Shown: positions 11,500-33,555 of the stretch, in pieces | How the letters are laid out: every line of letters begins with the position of its first letter | Numbering within the stretch: the first letter of the stretch is position 1 | DNA from: Schmidtea polychroa | Taxonomy: Eukaryota | NCBI GenBank assembly: GCA_044892525.1 | Contig: CM097885.1 | Span: forward strand, 13,270,001 to 13,330,000 | Direction: 5' to 3' | Length of the DNA: 60,000 bases | Made by a program: the position numbers and the translations under genes | The notes under the pieces: model-generated | Databases searched by the model: none | Told to the model about the DNA's origin: nothing | What the model saw: the letters and a program-made list of their open reading frames with translations, nothing else

Positions 11500-12375
11500 T
11501 TTTTTTTTATCACACTATAGTGAGAGGGTCTTGATGGTCCTGGGATTTTCAATACAAAAATCCGACTACCACTAAAAAAGCCAAGGATTTTTCAGACTAT
11601 AGTGAGGTGAGTCTCCTTGGTCCTGAGAAATAGGTGGTCTACACTAAAAAGCATGGTAATTTAAGGTCTCAGGATATTTTCAATACAAATAGGTGGTCTA
11701 CACTAAAAAAGCCAAGGATTTTTCAGACTATAGTGAGGGGGTCTCGATGGTCCTAGGATTTTCAATACAAATAAAATTTTTTCAATACAAAAACGATGGT
11801 CCTGGGATTTTCAATACAAAAAATTTTTTTCTATACAAAAATCCGACTATCAATAAAAAAGCATGGAATTTTCAGACTATAGTGAGGGGGTCTCGATGGT
11901 CCTGGGATTTTCAATACAAAAATCCGACTACCACTAAAAAAGCATGGAATTTTCTAGGTCAATTCAGGTGGGTCTCCTTGGTCCTGGGATTTTCAATACA
12001 AAAAAAATTTTTTAATACAAAAATCCGACTATCACTAAAAAAGCATGGATTTTTCTAGGTCAATTAAGGTGGGTCTCCTTGGTCCTGAGAATTTCAATAG
12101 AAAAATCCGACTATCAATAAAAAAGCATGGTAATTTAAGGTCTCATGATATTTTCAATACAAAAAGGCGGTCTTCAATAAAGAAGCATGGTAATTTAAAG
12201 TCTCGGGATATTTTCAATACAAAAAGCTGGTCTACACTAAAAAGCATGGTAATTTAAGGTCTCAGGATATTTTCAATACAAAAAGCTGGTCTACACTAAA
12301 AAAGCCAAGGATTTTTCAGACTATAGTGAGGTGAGTCTCCTTGGTCCTGAGAAATAGGTGGTCTACACTAAAAAA
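11500..12375 (+). repeat. Modular subterminal repeat patchwork (mirror ~27730-28915)
   Basis: Shuffled modules GGTCCTGGGATTTTCAATACAAAA, TCCGACTA(C/T)CACTAAAAAAGC, GACTATAGTGAGG and GCATGGTAATTTAAGGTCTC. Confidence 0.93.
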
Positions 12376-12389
12376 CGTTGTAAATTTTT

Positions 12390-12790
12390 CAATTAAAGTA
12401 AATAATGGTTCTAAAAAATTAAATTACAGTAAATTATGGCTCAAATTTTTAAATTACAGTAAATTATGGTCCTAAAAAATAAATTACAGTAAATTATGGC
12501 TCAAATTTTTAAATTACAGTAAATTATGGTCCAAATTTTTAAATTAAAGTAAATTATGGTTCTAAAAATTAAATTAAAGTAAATTATGGCTCAAATTTTT
12601 CAATTACAGTAAATAATGGTTCTAAAAATTGAATTACAGTAAATTATGGTCTAAATTTTTAAATTAAAGTAAATTATGGTCCTAAAAATTAAATTAAAGT
12701 AAATTATGGTTCTAAATTTTAAATTAAAGTAAATTAAGGTTCTAAAAAATTAAAATAAAGTAAATTAAGGTCCAAATTTTAAATTAAGTA
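12390..12790 (+). repeat. 30-bp tandem minisatellite (mirror ~27260-27715)
   Basis: Unit AAATTA(C/A)AGTAAATTATGG(T/C)...AAATT(TT), in register every 30 bp, about 13 copies. Confidence 0.95.
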
Positions 12791-12934
12791 ATCAATGGTA
12801 AAAAAATTTTAAATAAGTAAATTAAAGTAATAATTTTTAAATTAAGTAATCAATGGTAAAAAATTTTAAATAAGTAAATTAAAGTAAGATTTTAAAATTT
12901 AATTACAAAAAGTTGAAGGTGTTTGAGAATTGAA

Positions 12935-13130
12935 ATTTTTTAATGAAAATTTTCAATGGTAATTTTTAATGAAAATTTTTATGGAATATTTTTTTTAAGT
13001 AATTTTTAATAGAAAATTTTATGAAATATTTTTCAATGGTAATTTTTAATGGAAATTTTTATGAAATATTTTTTAATGATAATTTTTAATGGAAATTTTT
13101 AAGAAATATTTTTCAAAGACAAATTTTAAT
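12935..13130 (+). repeat. ~40-bp tandem repeat (mirror ~26915-27110)
   Basis: Unit approximately AATTTTTAATGGAAATTTTTATGAAATATTTTTCAATGGT, 4-5 copies. Confidence 0.85.
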
Positions 13131-13139
13131 AATAATTCA

Positions 13140-14700
13140 ACAACAAATCAACAACTTAGTACCAACAACCAGTAACTTACGAATATGTATTACCAACCAG
13201 ATACCTACAACTAGTTACCTGATACCAAGTACCAACAACCAAAAACATGCAACCAACTAGGTACCAAGTACTAACAACTAACAACCAACTACCAAGTACT
13301 TACAACTAGTTACTAACAACTAGTTACTAACAACTAGCTACCAACTACTAACAACTAACTACCACCTACCAAGTACCTACAACCAACTACTAAGTACTAA
13401 CAACCAAAAACAACCAACTAGGTACTAGATACCAAGTACTTACAACAAACATCAACCAAGTACTTACTACCAACTACCAAGTACTTACAACTAGTTACTA
13501 ACAACTAGTTACCTGCTACCAAGTACTTACAATTAGTTACTAACAACCAGTTACCTGATACCAAGTACCTACAACCAACTACTAAGTACTAACAACAAAA
13601 AACAACGAAGTACCTACAACAAATTACCAGATACCAAGTGCCTACAACTAGTTACTAACAACTAGTTACCTGATACTAAGTACCTACAACCACCTAACAA
13701 GTACTAACAACCAAAAACAAGCAACCAAACAGGTATCAGATACCACCTACTAAGTACCAACAACCAACTAGTTACCAGATACCTACAACTAGATACTAAC
13801 AACTAGGTCTCAAACAACTAAATACTAACAACCAGGTACTAAGCATTAATTACCAACTACTAAGTACCTACAACTAGATACTAACAACCAGTTACCTGAT
13901 ACCAAGTACTAACAACCGTCAACAACCAGGTACTAAGCCTTATCAACCTACAACTAGTTACTAACAACCAGTTACCAACTACTAAGCATTAATTACCTAC
14001 AACTAGTTACTAACAACTAGATACCAAGTACATACAACCAGACACTAAGCATTATCAACCAAGTACTAACAACTAAATACTAAACACTAACAACCGACAA
14101 TAACCAGGTACTAAGCATCATCAACCAACTACTAAGTACCTACAACTAGATACTAACAACCAGTTACCCATTAACTAGCTACAACCAGCACTCAACTAGC
14201 TACCAACTACTAAGTACCTACAACCAAGTACTAACAACTAGATACCTAGTTACTAACAACCCGCTAACAACTAACAACTAGATACCAAGTACCAGTAAAT
14301 TACGAACATGTATTAACAACCAGATACCTACAACTAGTTACTAACAACTAGTTACCTGATAGCAACCAACTAGCTACCAACTACTAAGTACCTACAACCA
14401 ACATCAACCAGGTACTAAGCATTAATTACCAACTACTAAGTACCTACAACCAACTAACAACCACCTACCAAGTACTAAGCATTATCAACCAACTACTAAG
14501 TACCTACAACCAACTAGCTACCACCTACCAAGTACTAACAACCAGTTACCAACTACTAAGCATTAATTACCTACAACTAGTTACTAACAACTAGCTACCA
14601 AGTACATACAACCAGACACTAAGCATTATCAACCAAGTACTAACAACCAAGTACAAGATACCTAGTACTGTCAACTAGATACCAAACACTTACAACCAGA
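13140..14700 (+). repeat. Strand-asymmetric C/A-rich, G-poor short-motif patchwork (mirror ~25345-26910)
   Basis: Shuffled CAACTAGTTACTAA, CCAAGTAC(C/T)TA, ACTAAGCATTA and CAACCAAC motifs. Confidence 0.93.
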
Positions 14701-15069
14701 TGACCACATGAAATTATTGGTTAAATATGAAAATAAGGGTTATAATTAGTTGTTTAGTAAATTATGGTGTAAAATTAAGTAATAAAGCATAAATAGGTAA
14801 ATTAAGGATAAGTAAATTAAAGTTAAAAAATTAAATTAAAGTTAATTAAGGTCCAAATTTTAAAAATAAGTAAATAATGGTTCTAAAAATTAAATTAAAG
14901 TTAAATAAGTAAATTAAAGTAATAATTTTTAAAGAATTTAATTAAAGTAATAATTTTTAAATAAGTAATGTAATAAGTAAATAAAAGTAAGATTTTTAAT
15001 TTTATTATCAAAAGATTGAATAATAACCAACTTTTTTGAGAAATGTAATTTATAATGAAAATTTAAATG

Positions 15070-15070
<1 letters not shown>

Positions 15071-15150
<80 letters not shown>

Positions 15151-15160
15151 TAATAATAAT
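15071..15160. repeat. (TAA)n microsatellite (mirror 24858-24974)
   Basis: Direct reading; the right-arm copy is nine units longer. Confidence 0.95.
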
Positions 15161-17384
15161 TCAACAGTTACCAACAATCGGTTACTGATTATTTTTTAAC
15201 TAGGTGCTAACAAATACTTACAACTAGATACCACGTACTAACTAACTCTCAAACAACCAGATACTTACAACTAACTACTAAATATTCTTCACTGTATTTT
15301 ATGAAATGATTTTTAAATTAATATTTTTTATACAGCTTCTATAATAATTTTAATTACAATCAGTAAAAAAACCTTTTCAAAATGTCTAAATTTAACAAAA
15401 ATGTTGATTTTCATCAAAAAACCACAACTCAACCACTTTAAAACACCACGTGGAATTCAAAATAATTACAATGAAAGACTAATGAATTCTAATTTACAAA
15501 ACATTCTTCTTTTAAATGATAACTACTGACTTATTATTGCAAAGTAAAAATCACATTCAATAAATACTTATTATTGATCAGTTTTATTATATATACTCTG
15601 AGTTTATCCGACAGGATGTTTTGACGCCCTAAGGGTACAGGTCGTAAGGGTATTAGTCGTAAGGGTACTGGTCGTAAAGGTACTAGTCGTAGGGGTATTG
15701 GTAACACTTAACCACAACCTACCCATTAACTAGCTACTAAGTACTAACCACTAGGTTTCAAACAACAACTACTAACAACCACCATCAAAACCCATCGAGA
15801 AATTAACAAATATCAACCTACAACTATATAACAATCAGTAAACAACACTGTACCAACTACCAAATACAAGATACCAACAACTTAGTACCAACAATCAACT
15901 AACAACACATAAAAATAATAGCAATTAAATACAAAATATTCTTCATCGCATACACTATTTTCTTATCAAAATCTAAAAAGTCAATCAGATACCAACTACC
16001 AAGTACCAAGTACTAACAACCAACTACCTAGAACCAACAACTATGTACTAACAAATTGATCTTTAAAAGCAAATACTCTTCACTTGAAAAATTGGATGAA
16101 AAATTATTTGAACTCAATGCATCAATAACTTGGTAAAAATTGATTAAATAATTGTAAAAATTTAAATTATTCAAAATAAATATCATAAAAATTTAATTAA
16201 TGGACAAGAAAAAATTCTAATCATCCAATAAATAAAAAAAAATGCTGATCATTCAAGTTGAATCAACTAAGATAATAAATTAATAAGATAAGATCTAGTA
16301 GATAATTGATTAAGATTGAATAAATTAATTTAAATAAAATTTAATTTAATTATTTTTGTAAAAGTAATACATGTACTCAAATTGATTGACTGATTTCTCA
16401 ATATATTCAAAAAAAATCAGTATAAATTCATTACAATTATCAAAGTCAGCAATCTACAATAAAAATAATTATCATAAAATTCCAAAAGAGACTAGATAAC
16501 TAATGATAACATCTAATAAACCAGTAAATTTATTTAAATGACAATAATTGGTATATCCTAGTGAATTCTCCAATTTCTCATTTCCTCCCAAATATATCAA
16601 TATGTAAAGATTAGTATTGTAATGATAAATACTTGTTAAAGATCATATATTTACCTCAAACTAACAAGATTCCTTAAAATCCCTTAAATGACTATATTTC
16701 TACCCTTAATTCATATTATTACAAATATTTCACTAAAATCATCTAAAAAGCATCAAATTTCCCTGAAATAACTCTATCTTTTAAGATTGATATTTTAATG
16801 ATAAGTACTTGTTAAAGATCATATATTCCCCTCAGACTAATAAGATTGCTTAAACTCCCCTTTAAATGACTATAATTCTAACTTTAATTCCTATTATCAT
16901 ACATGTTTCACTATTGATAAAACCGGTTATAATTAACTTTTTGTTAATCACTGTACTCGAAATTTAAAATAAATATAACTGACTAGGTCCCATTAAAAGA
17001 TTAAATTTATCCATTCAATAAAATATATTTCTTCAAATGATCATTTTTACCAATATTCAACCGATTTAATTACTAATTAAAATCAAGATTTCTTCCAATA
17101 AAGATCAATTTTATTTAGTCGATGTTTTAAGTCCATATTTCTAAACTTTTGTCATTCTCCGCCTAAATAAAGATAAAAATAAATTAAAGTTGATATCAAT
17201 CCCAATTATCTGTAAAGATTTCATTGTCAAAACCAAGTAAATCGATCATTATCCCTACTTAATAAAACATTGTTCTAAATTAATTTACTGTGCATTAATC
17301 ACAACCTAATAAAACGATATAATTATTATTGATTCATAACTGACTAATGTATTGCAATTTCCTTAAAAAACATTGATATTTTAC

Positions 17385-17740
17385 CAACATCACCCTTAAA
17401 AAATCATATATTCCCATCGAAACCCTTCCCTCATTAAAAGCAACCGACTATATCTCCCTTACAATAATATATTCCCATCTTAACCCATCTCACATTAAAT
17501 CTAACCGACTATATCCCCCTTAAAAGATCATATTTTCCCCATCTTAACCGATCTCTCATTAAATCTAACCAACAATATCCCATCTTAACCGATCTCTCAT
17601 TAAATCTAACCGACTATATCCCTTTAAAAATCATATATTCCCATCTCTCATTAAATCTAATCGATAATATCCCATCTTATCCGATCTCTCAGCAAATATT
17701 TCTACCCTTTTAAACATCTATCCGATTATATCCCTTAATT
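17385..17740 (+). repeat. Degenerate tandem patchwork (mirror ~22280-22635)
   Basis: Recurring CCCATCTTAACCGATCTCTCATTAAATCTAACCGACTATATCCC. Confidence 0.85.
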
Positions 17741-19337
17741 TCCCTAAAGATTCCACCCACTTGAACCCTTTAATATATATCAATCCTCTTAATATCCTTA
17801 GAGAACTTCAAAAAGTATGAATTTTCATAAACTGTTAAAGACACCAGGCATTCTTCCATTGAAATAATTTAGAAGCTAAATAATAAGAGCCCACTAAAAG
17901 ATCAAAATTTACTAAAATTTTCTACAAATATTTACCATCAAATACTGGAGATGATATATATTGATTGATCATAATTCTTCATCGATTCAACCAATCATTT
18001 TCAAGCAATAACAGCAAACTAAATTTCTGTATATCCTACAATAATTATCAAGTAAATTTAAAGTCATTGATAAATATTCTTAGAAAATTATTGAAAAAAA
18101 TTATCTAGTCAAATATATTACAAAGTTATCATCAAAAATTTATTCTATCACTTAATTATTAACCTAATTGTCAATGAAATTAATTTTTATTTAAAAACTA
18201 TTCAATAAAATACAACTAATTATCAAGAAATTAACTAAATTTATCAATTAAATTTATCACCATTAAAACTTTTAATCAGTCAACATGAAATTCTTAGAAA
18301 ATTATTCAATATCCTCATAAAAATTTATCCTACCACTTCATTATTGTAAAATCTCTAATTATTAACCTCATTGAAAATAATTTTTATTTAAAATTAAAAA
18401 AAAAACAAGTCAATAAAAATACATCCAATTATCAAGAAATTAATTAAATTTATCTTAGAATTAGCATTAAATTATTAAATATTCATTCAATAAACATGAA
18501 ATTTGCAAAAATGTTAGAAATCCATGAAAATGATAGAAATTTACTTGAATAAAACCATCAACTCTAAAAATTATCAATGAATGCCTTATACAAATTTGTC
18601 TAAATAATCATTCAAATAAAAGCATTAAATACCTTTACGACTAATACCCTTGCGACATGTTGAATGTGAGTAGTACCCTTGTGAGCAATACCCATAGGGG
18701 GACAGAATATTTTGTCGGATAAACTCAGAGTATATATTAATTAACTCATTCTTCATTGAATTAGTCAAATTATCATAATTTCAATAAAAATTCTAAAGTG
18801 GTAAGCAATGAAAAGACAATTATTCTTTAAACTTTGATAAAATTAACAATGAAGGTGGTAAGAATCTTCATTAAAGTGAGGAAATTATTCATTACTCGAT
18901 TCAAATGGGTGAAAATAATTGGTAGAATAATTCATTAATGTAGGTAGATAATGAGAAGTAGTATAGATAAGATGAAGGTTGATAAGAATGGATGTATTGC
19001 AACTATTTTCTAAAAATTAACACTTTAATAAAAAAAAACTTTTAAAACAAATATTTGTGGGGATGTTTTAAGTGAATAATTAATCAAAATCGGCGGAATA
19101 TAAGTAGAAAATCGGGGTGGGGGTTATAGGCGAATAATTAATGGAAATTCGAGGGGATATAAATGAATAATTAATGGAGAATCGGGGGAATATAGGGATT
19201 AAATAGTGGAGAATAATAGTGAATATAAGTGAGAAGGATACATAATTTAAACTATTTTATTACGTAACAAGCCGTGACTAGTTTATTACATAACAAGCCG
19301 TGAATGATATTTTACCAACATTATACATGGTATATAA

Positions 19338-19760
19338 CAACGGTGGGCAAATGCGGCTCTTAGAGCCGCATGCGGCTCTTCGTTGAGTAAACTGCGGCTC
19401 TTTGATAATTGAATTTTTGATAATTGAATTTGAAAATTGAATTCGATTTTTTTATTTTGAAATTTTTTCAACTGAATTTTTAAAAAGAAATTTTTTGTTG
19501 CAATTGTATTTTCATGGTTAGTTCATTTTTACCTGTGTCACAAAATAGGTGTAAACAGAATTAAAATTTATAGTGTCATTCGATGGCGGTATTTAGAATC
19601 AAAATTTAATATTTCCTTATTACATTCTACCTTGTTTGATTCTTTTTATAAGCAATATTTAAATAATACATGTCTCACTACACTATATGCCAGGGGTGGG
19701 CAAGTGCGGCTCTTTGATGAGCCATGTGGCTCTCTAGGACCTCATGCGTGCCCACCCCTG
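19338..19760. mobile_element. Non-autonomous hAT-type element (423 bp) in the core of element B
   Basis: Perfect 8-bp TSD GTATATAA (19330-19337, 19761-19768). Ends CAACGGTGGGCA...TGCCCACCCCTG, subterminal TGCGGCTC/GAGCC motifs, and a second left end CAGGGGTGGGCA at 19691. Confidence 0.85.
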
Positions 19761-19829
19761 GTATATAACTTTAATTTTAATTGTATTTTTAAATTGTATA
19801 TATTTTCAATATCATTCTATTGTTTAATA

Positions 19830-20690
19830 CCAATAATAAGTATAAAAAGTCTATAATGAAAAATAAATTAATATCTTGTTAACATTTATCTGAGAATTTA
19901 AAAAACTTTACTTTAATTTTGTGAAGTATTTAATTTTGATTGTATTTTATAAGACATATATTTGAGTATTAGCTTATTTTGATTGAAGTTTCATATTATG
20001 ATGTTTGTTTTCTTAATTGAAATTTTTTAGTGTAAAATAGTAAATTTAATAATAAATAGAATACAATATTAAAGGACTTTTTGAAAAAAATAGTAACTTT
20101 CTACTGCCTAATCAATAAGTTTAAAAAGTCTATAACAGCTAATACACTAATTTCTTATTTACATTTACTTATAAAATTTATATTTCTAAATTAAAGTATT
20201 AAATTGATGATTTAATTTTAATTGTATTTGAATGATACATTTAATTTACTTTGATTGAAAGGAGTAATATAATTCATATTATGATATTTGTTTTCGAAAT
20301 ATTTAGTGTAGAATAGTAAACTTAATAATATATAGCTATTATTACAATATTAAAGGACTTAGTCATAATTTTGAAAAAAAAAATAACCTAAGTAACTTTT
20401 TATTTCTATTACATAATTCCGTCAATAAGTTTAAGTCTATACCCGGTAAAAATTAAATTATTATTTACATTATTCGAGAATTTGAAAAACTTATAAAATT
20501 TATATTTTTAAAATTTAATTTTGATAGTATTTTCTAAGACTTATATTTGAATATTTAACTTATTTTGAATGAAAAGGGTAATATATATATATATTGTTTT
20601 TGAAATACATAATGCAAAATAAAACATTTTAGTAATATCTTGCAATTATTTTAGAATTTATTTTAGTCAAAAATTAAAAAAAAAATGACC
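19830..20690. repeat. Three diverged ~280-310-bp tandem units in the core of element B
   Basis: Anchors AATAAGT.TAA(AAA)GTCTATA at ~19834, 20114 and 20424; TACAATATTAAAGGACTT at ~20082 and 20343. Confidence 0.7.
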
Positions 20691-20709
20691 TATTCCATAT
20701 TTCTTAATC

Positions 20710-29059
<8,350 letters not shown>

Positions 29060-30315
29060 CAGGTGTAGTAATAGTAAATCGAATACGAACTCATAAACTC
29101 CAATTAACACGATAGGATATTTTGACGACGATAAACATGACCGCGGTTTGATGATTGTGCAGTGAAAATAGATCAGAGTTCTTATATTGTCAAAGACAGT
29201 GACATGTGAAACTAGAGTCATCAATAATAATCCAACCAGCCACGATGAAACATAACATTTCTTTTGCAAATAAATTATGAGGAATTCGTAGATAGGCATA
29301 CATTCAAATCAACGAGTTCCACAGAGCGGATGCCACGAGTACGAACAACATCCAGTAGATAAATGTAAACATCTTGTGTTCGTAAGCCAGAATAAGAGGA
29401 GTAAAACTGGGTGCAATTAGAAATTTCTCGAAATCTAATGTTACCATTGAGACACATATGAGGGAGAATGTACATTAACATGCAGCCACACTAGAATATG
29501 GAGAGTTATCTACACCCTACTACTCAAATATAAAATAGTACCTCTGACAGAAAATATCAGTTTCTTACAAACAACATGTCAAATCAACATAATTTTTCCA
29601 CTGACGAAACTGGTCCACCTCGACAAGATACCTACCACCGTAAGTTATGGAGTCGATTTTTTTTGTTATTGTAAAATTTAACCAATAAATTTTCATGATT
29701 ACGGCGAAAAACGGATCACAATCAACCGAGCCAGACACCATTCGCACGCACCTAGAGTAACGACCACAATCAATTCTCTTTTGACAGGGCAGTATGACTA
29801 TGAGAATGAGGTGGCAAGGACGGGATTTGCAGAAACAGCTGAACAAACGAGTCACAAGTCGACCAGAAACAGTGGGATATTGAGACTGTAGATTATTGAA
29901 GGTCGACGGATAAAGTTGGTCACCGGATTCTTTCGAACGGTGCGATGGTTGAACGGATACGTGTGGGAAAATCAAGTCCTTCTTTAAAATTAGATCATTA
30001 TAACCTCACTACAGAAATTAGAATGATCAAAGTTTGTCTATAAAATGTGACGCTTTTCTGTAGAGACTGCATTACAGTGATTTCTCCTAAAGATCGTGTA
30101 AAAATAAAGGCTAAACGGGTAAACGATAAACGAACCAATTTCAGGTGTTGACAAGTAAATAAGACTAAATTAGCTGAAATCTTAATCATTTGTAAACAAC
30201 AATGGTTGTTGAAAGTTTTCAGATATTTTATGTGTTGGATTATTATTTTTATATTGTTATTGTTTAATGCCAAGAAAGGTTTTAGAGCCCAGCCGAGTCT
30301 CCTTTAAATAAATAC

Positions 30316-31381
30316 TGTCTCGGGACACCTGGGGTGAATGTGTATTATTTATGGTATTATGACTACAATTAAATATAAAATAAAATAACTGTTAAATGAA
30401 ATTACAAAATTTTATCAAAAAGAAATTACTATTTCGTATAATTGTCAGGAGCAGGTGATTGGACCGTTTTTTGTTGTAGAAATAATACGATGTTCTGTAG
30501 GACTATTGACTGAGTATAATCAACGTAACCAATGGGTTCGTTTATTATTGAACGGATTTTAAGATTGATTGTAGTACTTTGTTTTAATAATAGAGATGGA
30601 CGATTAGATAAAGGATTTTGGGATTGTAATTTCACTGATTAATCTCCTGATGGTTTTGTTTTGACTCACACTAATATAGTAATTATTAATGAGTTATATT
30701 CTCTTCCTTTTTACAATAGTCTTATAGATAACATTTCTTCTCCTTTGTATTTAGTATGGTTCCCAATTATATCTTCTGTTTTTTGTATTGTTTGGTTTCT
30801 AGGAATTTTGTATTCTTTTACTGTCTTTAAATTTCAATTTGTCAATTTTTTATTGATCTTTTTGTATTGATCTTTATTGATCTTTTGTAAAATCGCGGAA
30901 CTGTTGATATGGGTTTGATGCCACTCGCCGGAATCATCGAAGCCGGGCATTGACACAGCACTTCAGTTTAATTTTAATTTTCTATTTTTTCTCCAACATA
31001 ATTCCCAGAATTTTCCCAGCAATAGAGTTATCTTTGACATCTGTCAAGATATTCTCTAGTTTTTACTTTTTGCCGCTCTGGCCTGTTTTCTTTTCGTTCC
31101 CGTTATCTCTGACAAGCTGTAGAGATAAGTACATTGTTGTTATTTTTTTGTTTTTCTCGATTTGAAATTCCTTTTCATTTTGTACTAATTAATTAGTAAT
31201 TACCTTTATTTTAATTCCCAGTTTATTTTCTTTTGTTCGTATTATCTTTCTCATTTCTCGTTTCTTTTTACTTCCGTTTTCATTTCCGAGTTCCCATAGA
31301 TCGTCCCGTTTGTCATGACGATTTCCCCCCGAGTAATTTTATTTATTTATTTGTAAATTTGTTATTTAGGTATCCTCAACA
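30316..31381 (-). mobile_element. LTR-like dispersed repeat starting TGTTGAGGATACC on the minus strand; left boundary uncertain
   Basis: ~30990-31381 aligns with ~39130-39523 (e.g. GAGTTCCCATA.ATCGTCCCGTTTGTCATG.CGAT, GGTATCCTCAACA). No TSD confirmed. Confidence 0.55.
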
Positions 31382-32661
31382 AAATTTTAAGTAAATTTTA
31401 AGGCTTGAATTTTTATCCATATGGATATGAGATCATTATTTAAGTTCTTAAATATTACTTTTAGTCAACAGTTGTATTATAAATTATTTTTAATTAATTT
31501 TCCGATTTTTTAAGGATTTTTATTAAATTATTTTTAGAATTATTTGGAATTATTTCGATATAATGTAAGCCAGATATATTTTTAAATATAAATAAATAAA
31601 GTAATCGCCAAACACAATTCTAATTTCTTAAAAGATGCATAAAAATTGAATTCTACGAAATGCAACAAATTATTTGCCTGTTCTTCTGAAATGATTTGTT
31701 TTCTGCTATCTCTTTGTCCTTTGCAAAGTTTCCATATTTTTTATATCTGTAAATTATTATTATTTCAATTCTTCAACATTTTCAAAGGCATTAATTAGTC
31801 GAATTTTGTGATGTTATTGTAATTCTATTAAAATATAATTTTTTTTAAATAAGTTATTAAAATTTACGATTTTCGAATTTTTTTCTGCAAATCCAAAGAT
31901 GTCGAAGGACTTTGTTCAATATTTGAAATTTTACATTCACATAAAGACAGCGTTTTCAGAGAAATATCTGACATACTGTAAACTATTTTAACTATTTGTA
32001 ATTTAATGAATAAATCTTACATTGTCAATTCTTTACCTTCGCAAAAAAGCAGCGTTTTCAGAGAAATATTAAATTTAAAATTATTTTATAATTAGATCTT
32101 ACGATGCTTTATTGTCTTTTTCTCTACAGTTCAAATTAGAGTTGTCCAATTCTTGATAAAAAAATTTTTCAACATGATTTTTTAATATTTTGAAAATAAT
32201 AATATTTTAACAATATGTTAATCTCTTTTTAATTTTAAAACGAAAAATGCTATAAAAAATTTTCATGAATTCTAATTGTGTGCTGCGTTTGTATGTAAAA
32301 TTATTTTTCTGTCACTTTCTCAATTTCTATATAAAAACGTTTAAGTTTTGAAACATGAAATTTTTACACACAGCCAAGTTTGTGTGTTCCTATAATGCAA
32401 TACTCTAACCTAATTGGTAGCCTTTCTATAATTTAATAATGCTAATCATTGTCCGTGTTGATTCTAATGACTGTCAGGCGGAGAGTTGTGAATTAAAAAT
32501 TAAAAAAAGAAAAACAATTTCGGGTTGAATAGAAATTCCAAAAATCGAATAATCGATTTTCGATCTATTTCATATTAAAATGAAGGTCTAATGCTTTGTA
32601 AACGTCGATGCCATTCATCCGCTATTAGAAGAAATGTTTTATTTTTTTAACATTCGGAATT

Positions 32662-33555
32662 ATGACAAACAAACAATTTCCAGCTGTTTTCAATTTATTG
32701 AAAAAATTTGAAGGAAAAAAACCACCAGTCGTTCCTTGGAGTTTTGAATTGCTGACAATTGAAATCCAAGAAAGAATTGATGCCAACATTGTCAACATAA
32801 TGCCTTCAACTATTTTCTGTTTGTTGGGTCATATGATAATCGCATTAGAGGATGACAAAAACAATCGTCTGCAAGAGCTTCTCTCGATGGCGATAAGTGA
32901 GAAGAAACCGACAGATGAAAGAATGAAAATGATTCAAAGAATCGACGTCTGTGGCAAATTTACAACGAGTGAAATTCTAGCGTCGTTGTTTGAGGTTTAT
33001 AAACGTTGCGAAGGTGGTATTCATTTTACGTTTCAATATCCCATCGATTCTTGGATTATAATCGGACCTCCAAGAGCGATGACTGAATGGAATAATAACA
33101 CTTCAAGGGTATGCAAAGATTTAGATATAGCGCTTAGTGATTTTTGTAAAGAAGATCCCATTAGAAAAGATTTTTTTTGTTTTAATATGCAATTTTTGTC
33201 GCTGCTTGTTCAAAAAGCAATCGACGACAATCGGTCAAAGTCAATTATTGCCCAACAAATTTGTAGAATTATTTCATTAATATTGGCAAACAAACTGATC
33301 AAAGTCCAATGTAGCAGCTGTTCGACGTACCTTACGACCAAACGAAGATCGGTCACCTGTGGGACCTGTGGAGATGTTTATAAATTTTGTCAAAGTGACA
33401 TTGTTGAAAATTGTATGCAGTGTTTACTGCAATATGTTCCGTCGGTGTTTTGGATAAATGCAATGAGCAATCCTCGGGTCAGTTCTTTCATTCGGCGAGA
33501 CGTTCAAGAAGTCAAAAGAAGTCTCATTGAAGCTTATAAAATGAATTTAAAGTAA
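32662..33555 (+). CDS. Hypothetical intronless 297-aa protein with a C-terminal Cys cluster (CxxC-x12-CxxC...C...CxxC)
   Basis: Longest ORF in the window, ATG start, non-repetitive; an ORF this long is improbable by chance at this AT content. Family not recognised. Confidence 0.7.
   Translation: MTNKQFPAVFNLLKKFEGKKPPVVPWSFELLTIEIQERIDANIVNIMPSTIFCLLGHMIIALEDDKNNRLQELLSMAISEKKPTDERMKMIQRIDVCGKFTTSEILASLFEVYKRCEGGIHFTFQYPIDSWIIIGPPRAMTEWNNNTSRVCKDLDIALSDFCKEDPIRKDFFCFNMQFLSLLVQKAIDDNRSKSIIAQQICRIISLILANKLIKVQCSSCSTYLTTKRRSVTCGTCGDVYKFCQSDIVENCMQCLLQYVPSVFWINAMSNPRVSSFIRRDVQEVKRSLIEAYKMNLK

Larger units (their letters stand above)
11369..19312 (+). repeat. Left ~7.9-kb inverted-repeat arm of element B
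   Basis: Reverse-complement match to 20710-29059 at every point checked; mirrored ORFs 12045+/27847- and 14938-/24841+. Confidence 0.97.

Noticed and set aside
11540..12000. Repeated GGGATTTTCA resembling NF-kB/Rel sites
   Set aside because: Imperfect consensus, and simply part of the tandem module; no independent support.
11349..12257. ORFs in the subterminal arrays of element B (also 27847-29047)
   Set aside because: They arise from shuffled repeat modules read in several frames and differ between the two arms; no domain is evident.
11500..12790. CRISPR-like appearance of the regularly spaced repeats
   Set aside because: There are no unique spacers and no cas genes, and the context is eukaryotic.
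29066..30315. Moderately GC-richer stretch with several short minus-strand ORFs
   Set aside because: No recognisable motif, and the frames are fragmented. It may be decayed coding DNA but cannot be called.
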